A stretch of DNA of 26,296 nucleotides from a virus. Shown here piece by piece: positions 7,340-14,822 of the stretch (its first letter is position 1; every line of letters starts with the position of its first letter). The stretch covers positions 1 to 26,296 of IMG/VR virus record IMGVR_UViG_3300003323_001142; one strand, given 5' to 3'. The translations under genes and the position numbers were made by a program. Below the pieces are notes generated by a model. The model was given only the letters and a program-made list of their open reading frames with translations. It did no database searches and was not told the DNA's origin.

Positions 7340-7963
7340 TCATCGCTGCCCAAGAAACAGCGTCACAAATTGCAGCGGATCCGGGTGCATCTTGGCCAGT
7401 AGGCCCCTTTGATAGGGGTCCCCATACCCGTCCGCGGCAACGGCCGCCTCGACAGTAAAACCGGCGTAGCACTGGACGTGGACGTGGGGGTGCCAGCCGC
7501 CGTTCCTCTCTGGCGAATCGACGAATCCGATCAAGTCTTCATTCCGGATCCTTGCCCCGGGCTTGATGTACCCGGTCGGCTCAATGTGTCCATACCCGAT
7601 CAGGACCCCGACGCGATGCAGCTCGAAGATAACGCGGCGCCCCCACCCGTACTCTTCGGGATAATCGTCGCCCGTCCAGACTACGAGCATATCGTCTTCC
7701 GCGTAGATGGCGGTTCCTTCCGGGGCGTTGAAGTCGACGCCGAGATGCAGGTAGCTTCGAGTCTCCTCGAGGTAGCTGCCGGCCCACAGATGGCGCCGAT
7801 CCTCAAGCCATCCGCCGTAGGAGCAATGCAGGCCCATGCCGGCGTGAAGCTCATGGAGGAACCGTTGGCATTCGACCGAGTCAAGGAGCGGGCTCGGTGA
7901 ACTGTGGAGTCCGATGCCGCGCCGCTCGGCCTCAAGGTCGAGATTCAGATAGCCGCATTTCAT
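7340..7963 (-). CDS. M23-family (LytM) zinc metallopeptidase
   Basis: HLGVD (HxxxD), APEGTAIYA, GYGH, GGWHPHVHVQ (HxH); alternative in-frame GTG start at 8023. Confidence 0.85.
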   Translation of the reverse strand: MKCGYLNLDLEAERRGIGLHSSPSPLLDSVECQRFLHELHAGMGLHCSYGGWLEDRRHLWAGSYLEETRSYLHLGVDFNAPEGTAIYAEDDMLVVWTGDDYPEEYGWGRRVIFELHRVGVLIGYGHIEPTGYIKPGARIRNEDLIGFVDSPERNGGWHPHVHVQCYAGFTVEAAVAADGYGDPYQRGLLAKMHPDPLQFVTLFLGQR

Positions 7964-8019
7964 TTGATTTGCCTCACTTCGATTACCGCGGCCCCCGCGC
8001 GCTTTCTGCCAAACGTCGC

Positions 8020-8283
8020 TCACTTCCGTTTCCTCTCCTGCAACCATCGCCGATAGAGATCGACGCACGCGGGCAGATCCGAACGCTTCACGTCGACGAT
8101 CGTGTCTTTGCCAAAGAACGTCATGAGATCGTGAAACGCCTGCAAATGAGCCCCGCGCTGCCCCCTTCTCTCCCCATTCCACCGAGGGTGAGCTCAGAAA
8201 AAGCTCGACGCGGGGGCGAACCCACGGATACGCGGAGCCGAGAGCGACGACGCGGTGCGGGTGAGATCGTAGTCGGCGATCAC
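8020..8283 (-). pseudogene. Frameshifted paralogue of the C-terminal domain of 9740-10150
   Basis: Pieces in three frames; last piece AHLQAFHDLMTFFGKDTIVDVKRSDLPACVDLYRRWLQE aligns to DRVHNYYDLETYLSW...SSEHISACVALYRRCLRR. Confidence 0.55.
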
Positions 8284-8840
8284 GCCGGCCTCGGGATGTT
8301 CGGCCTCGGTTGGGCCATGTTCCGCAGCACGATCGGCTCCCCCTCCGGCACGCGCACGCGACGCTCGCACTCGCGAGCGCACCACTTGTTCATCCGGTCG
8401 GAGTCCGATGGGCGCAGCGGCCTAGCGCTGGGCTTCAGATGGCCGCCCTCGCTGAGTATGCACGTTTTGCCTGGCGGCGGGGCCCGACCGAGCTCGTCAT
8501 CGCCGATGTAGACGTAGTCGTCTTCGTTTGCAGATAGCTGGCGCTTGGGTCGGCCATTGATCCCCCACGCCTTGTCGCATCTGCCGTCGCAGGCGAGGGT
8601 AATGCGCTGACCGCAGAAAAGGACTCGCTTGGTCAGCTTGCGCGTTGCGGCCAGTACTCTCCGCCTCGCTGCCCGTCGAGCGGGGTGACGTGACGGCAGG
8701 TTCTCTCGCATCCCCTCGATGAACCCCGGAAACAGCGCAGAATTCATTGCTGCTCCGTGAAAGCCGATCATGCGCAGCTCGGCGGCGCGGTTGGCTTGGC
8801 GAGTCCTGCGTAGATGTCGGATGCTGGCGAGCCGCTTCAC
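8280..8840 (-). CDS. Cys-rich phage hypothetical protein
   Basis: CDGRCDKAWGINGRP...DDELG.AP...EGG..KP...NKWCARECER; GTGA coupling. Confidence 0.7.
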   Translation of the reverse strand: MKRLASIRHLRRTRQANRAAELRMIGFHGAAMNSALFPGFIEGMRENLPSRHPARRAARRRVLAATRKLTKRVLFCGQRITLACDGRCDKAWGINGRPKRQLSANEDDYVYIGDDELGRAPPPGKTCILSEGGHLKPSARPLRPSDSDRMNKWCARECERRVRVPEGEPIVLRNMAQPRPNIPRPA

Positions 8841-9088
8841 TTCGGCCACCTCTTCCTGCATGCCTTATCAGCGCGAGCTACGGCCTTCGCCAGTGCCTCG
8901 AACGGCGTCCTACCATAGGCTCCCCTGGCATCGCCTCGGATGTGCGCCGCGCCGATCGTTGCACGGATCCGGCCACCGAGTTCCCTTATATCGATCCGAG
9001 CGCCCGCGAAGATGTGAGCGAACACGCGGTCGGCAACCTGCAAGCGTTCGGCGTTTGTGGGGTTGGGCGGGGGCTGGCGTTTGCTCAT
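8837..9088 (-). CDS. Hypothetical protein (83 aa)
   Basis: ATGA-coupled in operon. Confidence 0.65.
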   Translation of the reverse strand: MSKRQPPPNPTNAERLQVADRVFAHIFAGARIDIRELGGRIRATIGAAHIRGDARGAYGRTPFEALAKAVARADKACRKRWPK

Positions 9089-9285
9089 TCAGCAGGCTCC
9101 TTCCAATCGCTGCACGCGCACCCATCCTCCTCGCATCCGCAACCGTCCCCGTATCCATGGCGACAACACCGATGCCCGCACGTCGCGCACAGGATCTCGC
9201 AATCGGAAGGGTCGTACCAATGCCGGCAGAACGGTCCGGATTCGTACTCGGTCCAGTCGTCGTCCTCGATGTCGATATCGGTCAT
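9085..9285 (-). CDS. Small acidic, very Cys-rich protein (metallothionein-like composition)
   Basis: 10 Cys in 66 aa; GGAGGAGG SD. Confidence 0.7.
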   Translation of the reverse strand: MTDIDIEDDDWTEYESGPFCRHWYDPSDCEILCATCGHRCCRHGYGDGCGCEEDGCACSDWKEPAE

Positions 9286-9756
9286 TCACCCCTCCTCCTT
9301 CCGGTCCCGCTCTGGCCCACACGCGTCGAACAGCGGATGCAGCTCGGGTGGCCATCGCTCGTAGCAGGGCCGCTGCGGCCGCATCTTGCGGACGCGGGCG
9401 CAGAAGAGATCGGCGCCCATCCCACCAGCGTCGTACCAGCAAGACCAGTCCGCGGCTTCCTTGTTGCGCTCTTCGTTCGTGGCATCTCTGTCCAGGCGCG
9501 GAAAGTGTCCGGTCGGAACACCGCGCGCTGCGCGAACGTCCGCGACCGCCTGCCGTAGCTCGGGCAGGTTCTCCGGCGTCAGCTTCTCAGCGTCCGCGGT
9601 TGCCCAGTGAAATAGATCATTACAATTTACGAAGAACGTTACCGGCGCATATTCGCCGTCGGTGCGCCACCAGATCGATTCCCAGAGGTTACCGTATTCG
9701 TTGAAGCCATCGCCGATAGATAGAACGGAAGATACGAACTCAAGATCCATGCTCAT
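9286..9756 (-). CDS. Phage hypothetical protein
   Basis: VNCNDLFHWATADAE...LFCARVRKMRPQ motifs; GAGG SD. Confidence 0.75.
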   Translation of the reverse strand: MSMDLEFVSSVLSIGDGFNEYGNLWESIWWRTDGEYAPVTFFVNCNDLFHWATADAEKLTPENLPELRQAVADVRAARGVPTGHFPRLDRDATNEERNKEAADWSCWYDAGGMGADLFCARVRKMRPQRPCYERWPPELHPLFDACGPERDRKEEG

Positions 9757-10150
9757 TGCCCACCTCTCGTCTCAAGCACCGTCGGTAGAGCGCGACGCAG
9801 GCGGAGATGTGCTCGCTCGAAATGAGCCGAGGCTCGATCGACAATCCATTACCCCATGAGAGATATGTTTCTAGATCGTAGTAGTTGTGGACTCGATCGA
9901 CCTCCGGAGGGAGCCACTCGAGTCCCTCTGCCCCCACCGCCGCTCGGAGCTGCCCGAGCCACGCCTCCGCCTCAATAAGCCACGCGGGCTTGGTGTAGAG
10001 CCCCACACCTCTTGCCTCGTCCAACATCGCGAGTAGGTCCCGCGTGAAGCTAGCCACGTCCTCGGGAATGTGCGGCGTGCCGTCCGAGAATTTGCCGGCG
10101 GCCCAGGCGCGGATCTCGGCTTCGCGGGTGGGGGTGGTGGTGGGTCTCAC
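9740..10150 (-). CDS. Hypothetical protein (136 aa)
   Basis: GTGA-coupled with GGAG SD. Confidence 0.7.
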   Translation of the reverse strand: MRPTTTPTREAEIRAWAAGKFSDGTPHIPEDVASFTRDLLAMLDEARGVGLYTKPAWLIEAEAWLGQLRAAVGAEGLEWLPPEVDRVHNYYDLETYLSWGNGLSIEPRLISSEHISACVALYRRCLRREVGNEHGS

Positions 10151-10347
10151 GTTCTCTCCACTGCCGGCACCGCGCGGATGTTGTGGCACTTCGGACACTC
10201 GTTCCAGATCGTGAGCAGCGCGATTCGATTGCGTGTTCCCTTGCTGCTCATGATCACTTCCTTCGAAGGGTCCACGGAACCGATGCACCAGGTCTCCCCG
10301 CAGTCGATACATTCGATGTGAAAGCGCCAGTTGAGGGGAGCGGTCAT
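10147..10347 (-). CDS. Small zinc-ribbon protein
   Basis: CIDC...CPKC; ATGA coupling. Confidence 0.7.
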   Translation of the reverse strand: MTAPLNWRFHIECIDCGETWCIGSVDPSKEVIMSSKGTRNRIALLTIWNECPKCHNIRAVPAVERT

Positions 10348-10550
10348 GCAGCCCTCTCAATCCCCAGCGCGCGCTTGACGGCGCGGGCAACTGACTCGAC
10401 GAGCCATCCGGCCGCATCGACGCCAGCCGCGAAGATCATCACTAGGATCGTCAAGATGATGACGAGAACAGCGCCGAGGAGAGTGAGCGCGATCGCGCCG
10501 ATGAACAGGAGCGTCGGGATGGCGCATAGCCAGAGCAGGACGGTCAGCAC
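10344..10550 (-). CDS. Small membrane protein
   Basis: ~40-residue hydrophobic stretch. Confidence 0.65.
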   Translation of the reverse strand: MLTVLLWLCAIPTLLFIGAIALTLLGAVLVIILTILVMIFAAGVDAAGWLVESVARAVKRALGIERAA

Positions 10551-10954
10551 GGCCCCTCCCCATCCACCACCTCAAGCGCCAGTCCCACCGGCAACAGTTC
10601 GAGCAGCTCCCGATGCAACAGTTCCCTCTCCCAACACGTGCCCCAGTCGAGCGTCACCCGGACCATCCCAGGATACGGAGAGGAGACCTTCACGCGGTCG
10701 GGCGAGATGCAAAGGATCCTGGCGGCTTCCGATTGGAGATGCGCGGACGAGCCTGGGGAAGCGCGCCTGGATAGAAACTCGGTGAGGCGCCGGCGCATGG
10801 TCCGGTTGGTGGTCCACCGCGGGAAGGTCCAGCCGTAGTTGGCGGCGCGGCAGCGGAGGGCACGTCGCGACCAGAGCCAGCAGACGAAGTAGTAGTACCC
10901 GAGCATCGCCGCGACGAAGACGAAGGGGGCGGCGAGGATGAGGGCGGCGGTCAT
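10544..10954 (-). CDS. Hypothetical protein with N-terminal TM helix
   Basis: AGGAGG SD; hydrophobic N-terminus. Confidence 0.7.
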   Translation of the reverse strand: MTAALILAAPFVFVAAMLGYYYFVCWLWSRRALRCRAANYGWTFPRWTTNRTMRRRLTEFLSRRASPGSSAHLQSEAARILCISPDRVKVSSPYPGMVRVTLDWGTCWERELLHRELLELLPVGLALEVVDGEGPC

Positions 10955-11394
10955 CGAATCAGACCTCCTTCCTCGACAAGCGCCGAGAACTCGATCGTTA
11001 CCGGGGATGAAGGGTCAGAAACCGCGACAACGATAGTCCGGTCGCTAAATTGCTTGGGGACGGAGCAACGCCGGAGGCTGATGCTGTCCTTGCTCCACAA
11101 AATTCGCTCTTCTTCGGCAACAGAGCCTAACCTAGCGTGGAACGTTGGAGCCGGCGAACGCAGACCGATCCTCAACGGCAACGCTGATCGACCGGCCCAC
11201 GCGGACGGCAGATGCGTGATGATTACGATCAGGCCGTCGGCAGCGAAGTCCCTATGCAGATGCAGATCGCGCAAGCGAATCGAGCGTCTGCCGGGGTGCA
11301 GGTCGAGCAGGTGAGTGGCGGCGTGAACGCGCACCTCGCCTGCGATCGAGTAGACGCGCGGGTCGGGTTCGTGATTACGTAATGGCCAAACCAT
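10951..11394 (-). CDS. Hypothetical beta-rich protein (147 aa)
   Basis: TAATG coupling; starts MVWPLRNHE. Confidence 0.65.
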   Translation of the reverse strand: MVWPLRNHEPDPRVYSIAGEVRVHAATHLLDLHPGRRSIRLRDLHLHRDFAADGLIVIITHLPSAWAGRSALPLRIGLRSPAPTFHARLGSVAEEERILWSKDSISLRRCSVPKQFSDRTIVVAVSDPSSPVTIEFSALVEEGGLIR

Positions 11395-11756
11395 TACCGC
11401 GCCTCGTTCACCAGCAGCCCATCCCCGTAGACATCCAGCTTGAACCGCCACTCCGGAAGCTCCGGCGAGAAGATGCCGAGTCGGAACGGTCGCTCGCGCG
11501 GGACCGAGGCCGGGAAGGCGATCGATCCGCCGCCGCGCAGCGAGAACGCGCTGTTGAGAAATGGCACGACGGTCCCTTCTCCGGCCGGGTGCGGAGCGGG
11601 GTAGAGCGACCACGTGGCGATCCCGCCGACGTGCTCTTCGGCCGCTGAGATCTCGATAAGCCAGAGTCGCGCATCCGTCGGTTCGAGGAACCAGGGGTCA
11701 GCGCTGATGCTGATGGTGGTCGACTCGCGGCAGGTGGAGCGGAGCTCGTATTTCAT
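11394..11756 (-). CDS. Hypothetical beta-rich protein (120 aa)
   Basis: ATGA coupling, GGAG SD. Confidence 0.7.
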   Translation of the reverse strand: MKYELRSTCRESTTISISADPWFLEPTDARLWLIEISAAEEHVGGIATWSLYPAPHPAGEGTVVPFLNSAFSLRGGGSIAFPASVPRERPFRLGIFSPELPEWRFKLDVYGDGLLVNEAR

Positions 11757-12283
11757 CGCCCCAGCTCCCTCGCAACCCGAGCCGCCAGTTCCTCATCTCG
11801 CAGGGCCTCGCTGCCGACCCGGGCGTGCCTCGACCGGCGCGCAGTCTCCAGCCATCGCGAGTCAGCTCGGAACGGCGCTATCGACTTGAGCCAAGCCCAC
11901 GCATCGCCATCGAAGTCGGGCGCTCGCCATCTGTCGGAGTGACAGAGCGAACGGATATCGCGTAGGGCTTCGGCGTAGGCAGAGAGCCGACCGCGCAACT
12001 CGGCCTGAAGCGGAGCGTTGCCACCCGCCCGAGCGTTCTCGATCGCGGTGAGCAGCCGTGTCACCTCCCCGCGGTAGTGGTCCTTGAGCTTGATGAGATC
12101 GCGGCGCACTGCGAGCCACTTGAAGACGCCACGCGCGCAGAGAATCGCGTACGAGACCCGCCGCGGGACGCCGAAGACCTCGAGGTCGGAGGCCACTAGG
12201 GTCGGTCGGTTTTGCTCGAAGGACCAGACGTTGTCGGGGTGGACGGAGAGGGGGCACGGGGGCGGGAGGGACTTGGTGGTCAT
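11753..12283 (-). CDS. Hypothetical protein (176 aa)
   Basis: ATGA coupling; helical globular sequence. Confidence 0.75.
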   Translation of the reverse strand: MTTKSLPPPCPLSVHPDNVWSFEQNRPTLVASDLEVFGVPRRVSYAILCARGVFKWLAVRRDLIKLKDHYRGEVTRLLTAIENARAGGNAPLQAELRGRLSAYAEALRDIRSLCHSDRWRAPDFDGDAWAWLKSIAPFRADSRWLETARRSRHARVGSEALRDEELAARVARELGR

Positions 12284-13149
12284 CGGGCGCCCCCTTCGGC
12301 TGCGAACTGACTGGCTTGAGGGGGAGCCGCATCGGCCCCCAGCTGTTCAAGGTACGCGCCCGCTTCGCGGATGAGCTGGCTGGCGTTAGGTCCGAGATCC
12401 GAACCCGACTCCCATTGAGCGATCGCGACCATCATCGATGCGCCGCCAACGTGCGGAAACGGCTGCGGACTCGGCGTCCCCTGGAGCCCCGACCACTCTT
12501 CTACGAGCGCCGCGAGCGAAGCGATCGCGTTGCCCCGCCCATTGTTGAGCCCTGCGTTCGCCGCGTACCCGGCCTCAAGCGATTCGAGGAGATGCGGCAG
12601 TTCCTCGCAGCGCCTCCAAAGGTCGACCCTCTCCGGCGGTATCCCGAAGGCCCCCGCGAGCCTCGCCACCTCGTACAGGATTTCGCCCATCGCAAAGAAG
12701 GACCACTCGCACCATCGAGCGGCCGATCTTACCCAGGGTCGCTGGATCGATTCTGGTGCGCCATCCGGCTGGATCGCGTGACAGTGGTTGCAGAGCAGGA
12801 AGAAATTGGAGGGCTGATTCGAGCCGCCCCAAACTCGCGCGTTTACGTGGGCGCGGACTGGGCGACTATTTGCGAACGGGATCCGGCAGGCCCAGCAGAT
12901 GCGCTCGGCTGTGGCGAAGTCGAGCCCCAGATAGAGGAAGAATTTCCTGTTCGCCTCCACGATGAGGCGATGGGACGGAGCCGGGCCTCGGCTCCCGGGG
13001 AGCGTGCCGTATCTGTACGGTACACCCGGTACTCTGGCGGACCATCTGGACCCGGTGAACTCGCACGAATCGCCTGATTCGCCCGAGTTTTCCTGTGGGC
13101 CGGCCGGGACTCGAACCCGGGACCTACGGATTAAAAGTCCCGTGCTCAT
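12280..13149 (-). CDS. HNH endonuclease-domain protein adjacent to attP (start uncertain: ATG 13149 or GTG 12960)
   Basis: CWAC...RAHVNARVWGGSNQPSNFFLLCNHCH. Confidence 0.7.
   Translation of the reverse strand: MSTGLLIRRSRVRVPAGPQENSGESGDSCEFTGSRWSARVPGVPYRYGTLPGSRGPAPSHRLIVEANRKFFLYLGLDFATAERICWACRIPFANSRPVRAHVNARVWGGSNQPSNFFLLCNHCHAIQPDGAPESIQRPWVRSAARWCEWSFFAMGEILYEVARLAGAFGIPPERVDLWRRCEELPHLLESLEAGYAANAGLNNGRGNAIASLAALVEEWSGLQGTPSPQPFPHVGGASMMVAIAQWESGSDLGPNASQLIREAGAYLEQLGADAAPPQASQFAAEGGAR
13002..13021. repeat. Putative integrase arm-type site, copy 1
   Basis: GCGTGCCGTATCTGTACGGT, 19/20 identical to 13202-13221. Confidence 0.7.
13096..13140 (-). mobile_element. attP core: 3' portion of tRNA-Lys(UUU)
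   Basis: GGA-CTTTTAA-TCCGT AGGTC CCGGG-TTCGAGT-CCCGG CCGGCCC A: anticodon loop, T arm and 3' acceptor strand, with no 5' acceptor strand; ~95 bp downstream of integrase. Confidence 0.88.
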
Positions 13150-13201
13150 CTTGCTTTCTCTACCTTGTTTTGTCGGCGAATGCAACGCGGATGCGCTGGA
13201 T

Positions 13202-13221
13202 GCGTGCCGTATTTGTACGGT
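13202..13221. repeat. Putative integrase arm-type site, copy 2
   Basis: GCGTGCCGTATTTGTACGGT, exactly 200 bp from copy 1, on the other side of the core. Confidence 0.7.
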
Positions 13222-13235
13222 TGTCGCGCGACCTC

Positions 13236-14330
13236 TCACGAGGATTTCTCGCTTTCGTCGAGGCGCCGCTGGACGGCGGTAGCCAGCCGCTCGGGGGTGT
13301 CCTGGCCGTAGACCATTCGGGCCATCTTGGTGTCGGCGTGACCGAGCAAGTCGGCCAGGTCGTCCACGCGCACCCCGCGCTGTCGGAGCAATGAAGCGAA
13401 CGTTCGGCGAAGGTCGTTCCAGGTCACCTTCGGGAAGGGGATCTTGGCCAACCACTCGGCCTGCTCGGTCTTCGAGAGTTCCTCCCATGGCCGTCGAGCT
13501 GCTGCGCCGATCATCTTCCGCTGCGCGCGTTCGCAAGCTCGGATGATGTCGCGTCTCGCGTTGCCCCACGGCTCGAAGAGCGTGTCCTTCCCCGGCGCGT
13601 CACGAAGCGCCCGCTGCATCAGGTCCTCGTAAAGGCTGACCACCGGAATCGTGCGCGCCGACTTCTCTGTCTTCGTGCCTCGCAGTTCGGCGAACGCGCC
13701 GGCGACATCGGTCCGGCGCGCGCTGAACGACTCCTTGCGCCTCGCGCCGCTCGCGATCACGTAGGCAACGTGCGCAGCGCGCGCCGGCCCAAGCTCGTCG
13801 AGCAGCGCATGCAGCTGCTCCCAGGTCAGGTACGTTTTGCGGGGCTTGTATTCCGGTGAGTAGCCGATGGGCATGACCTCGCTGATGTCGCGCCGGTACT
13901 CCCCTCGCCTCTTGGCCACCTTCAGCAGCCCTCGCAACGCAACGAGCTCTTTGTGGATCGTGTGCTTGCTCGCCCCCTCCTCTTCGCGCTTTGCGCAAAA
14001 CCAGTCCACGCGCGATGCGGTGATCGTCGCGAGCAACGACTTGGCGCCGAACAGGCGATTGATGTGCCCGCACTTCTGACGATACATCGTCAGGGTGCCC
14101 GCTGCTTTCCCGCGCCGCTCCCGGTCCGTCAGGAATTGCTTCACGGCTGCCTCGACCGTGGTTTCGTTCGCGGATAGGTGATCAGGGTCGGCGTACATTC
14201 GCTCGAGCCGGCGCTTCTCGAGCCGCGCCGCAGTCTTGTCGCGGCGCCCCGTGGACTTACGGGTCCACTTCCCCGTGTGGTCCTTGACCCAACACCAATA
14301 GACCGTTCCTCGAAGGTAGACGTCGGACAT
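13236..14330 (-). CDS. int: Tyrosine integrase
   Basis: N-terminal arm-binding region (YWCWVKD..G...RKSTG), GARRKE, GTKT, NDLRRT, LLGH, MVY. Confidence 0.95.
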   Translation of the reverse strand: MSDVYLRGTVYWCWVKDHTGKWTRKSTGRRDKTAARLEKRRLERMYADPDHLSANETTVEAAVKQFLTDRERRGKAAGTLTMYRQKCGHINRLFGAKSLLATITASRVDWFCAKREEEGASKHTIHKELVALRGLLKVAKRRGEYRRDISEVMPIGYSPEYKPRKTYLTWEQLHALLDELGPARAAHVAYVIASGARRKESFSARRTDVAGAFAELRGTKTEKSARTIPVVSLYEDLMQRALRDAPGKDTLFEPWGNARRDIIRACERAQRKMIGAAARRPWEELSKTEQAEWLAKIPFPKVTWNDLRRTFASLLRQRGVRVDDLADLLGHADTKMARMVYGQDTPERLATAVQRRLDESEKSS

Positions 14331-14527
14331 CGATTCTCTTCCAGCCGCCGAATGTACTCCTCCACGGCTCTGCGAGGCACGCGCAGGCAACCTTGGATCT
14401 TCACCGGGCCGAGCTCGGCCATCAGCTCGTATGCCTTCGTCCGGGTGAGTCCGAGCTCCTCCCCCACGTCCCGCGCGGACATGAAGCGACCGTTGCCGCG
14501 GATCCATTTGGGAGAGGCGTTGCTCAT
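14141..14527 (-). CDS. xis: Excisionase-like HTH protein overlapping int
   Basis: FMSARDVGEELGLTRTKAYELM...LRVPRRAVEEYI; directly upstream of int. Confidence 0.75.
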   Translation of the reverse strand: MSNASPKWIRGNGRFMSARDVGEELGLTRTKAYELMAELGPVKIQGCLRVPRRAVEEYIRRLEENRCPTSTFEERSIGVGSRTTRGSGPVSPRGAATRLRRGSRSAGSSECTPTLITYPRTKPRSRQP

Positions 14528-14775
14528 TACGGCCCCGCTCCGCGCAACACCTCAATCCCCTCCTCCGTCACCCCAAACACCGACATCCCCCCAAGCCACT
14601 CCGTCGGCCCTCGCGTGCACCTCATCAGCCCCCGCGCGATGAGCTCCTGGATGATCGTGCACGCCTCGTCCCCCTCATCGGTGACGTACCGGTTCCGGTA
14701 GAGCGGCTGCCGCGACTTCCATCCGGTCGCGTGCTCCAGGATGTGGAGTTCTTCTGGGGTGATATCACCGAACAT
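14527..14775 (-). CDS. Small winged-helix-like hypothetical protein
   Basis: GGAGG SD; IQELIARGLM...FGVTEEGIEVL. Confidence 0.7.
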   Translation of the reverse strand: MFGDITPEELHILEHATGWKSRQPLYRNRYVTDEGDEACTIIQELIARGLMRCTRGPTEWLGGMSVFGVTEEGIEVLRGAGP

Positions 14776-14822
14776 CGCTCAGTCCTCCACCTTGGTCAGC
14801 CGTCCGAAGATGCAGGCATTAT

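Noticed and set aside
13096-13170. Functional tRNA-Lys gene
   Set aside because: No 5' acceptor strand or D arm, and the outer anticodon-stem pairs mismatch; it is an att core
13150-14555. Extended N-termini of the HNH (to 13569) and integrase (to 14555) ORFs
   Set aside because: The extensions overlap int and xis respectively and are low-complexity; better starts lie downstream
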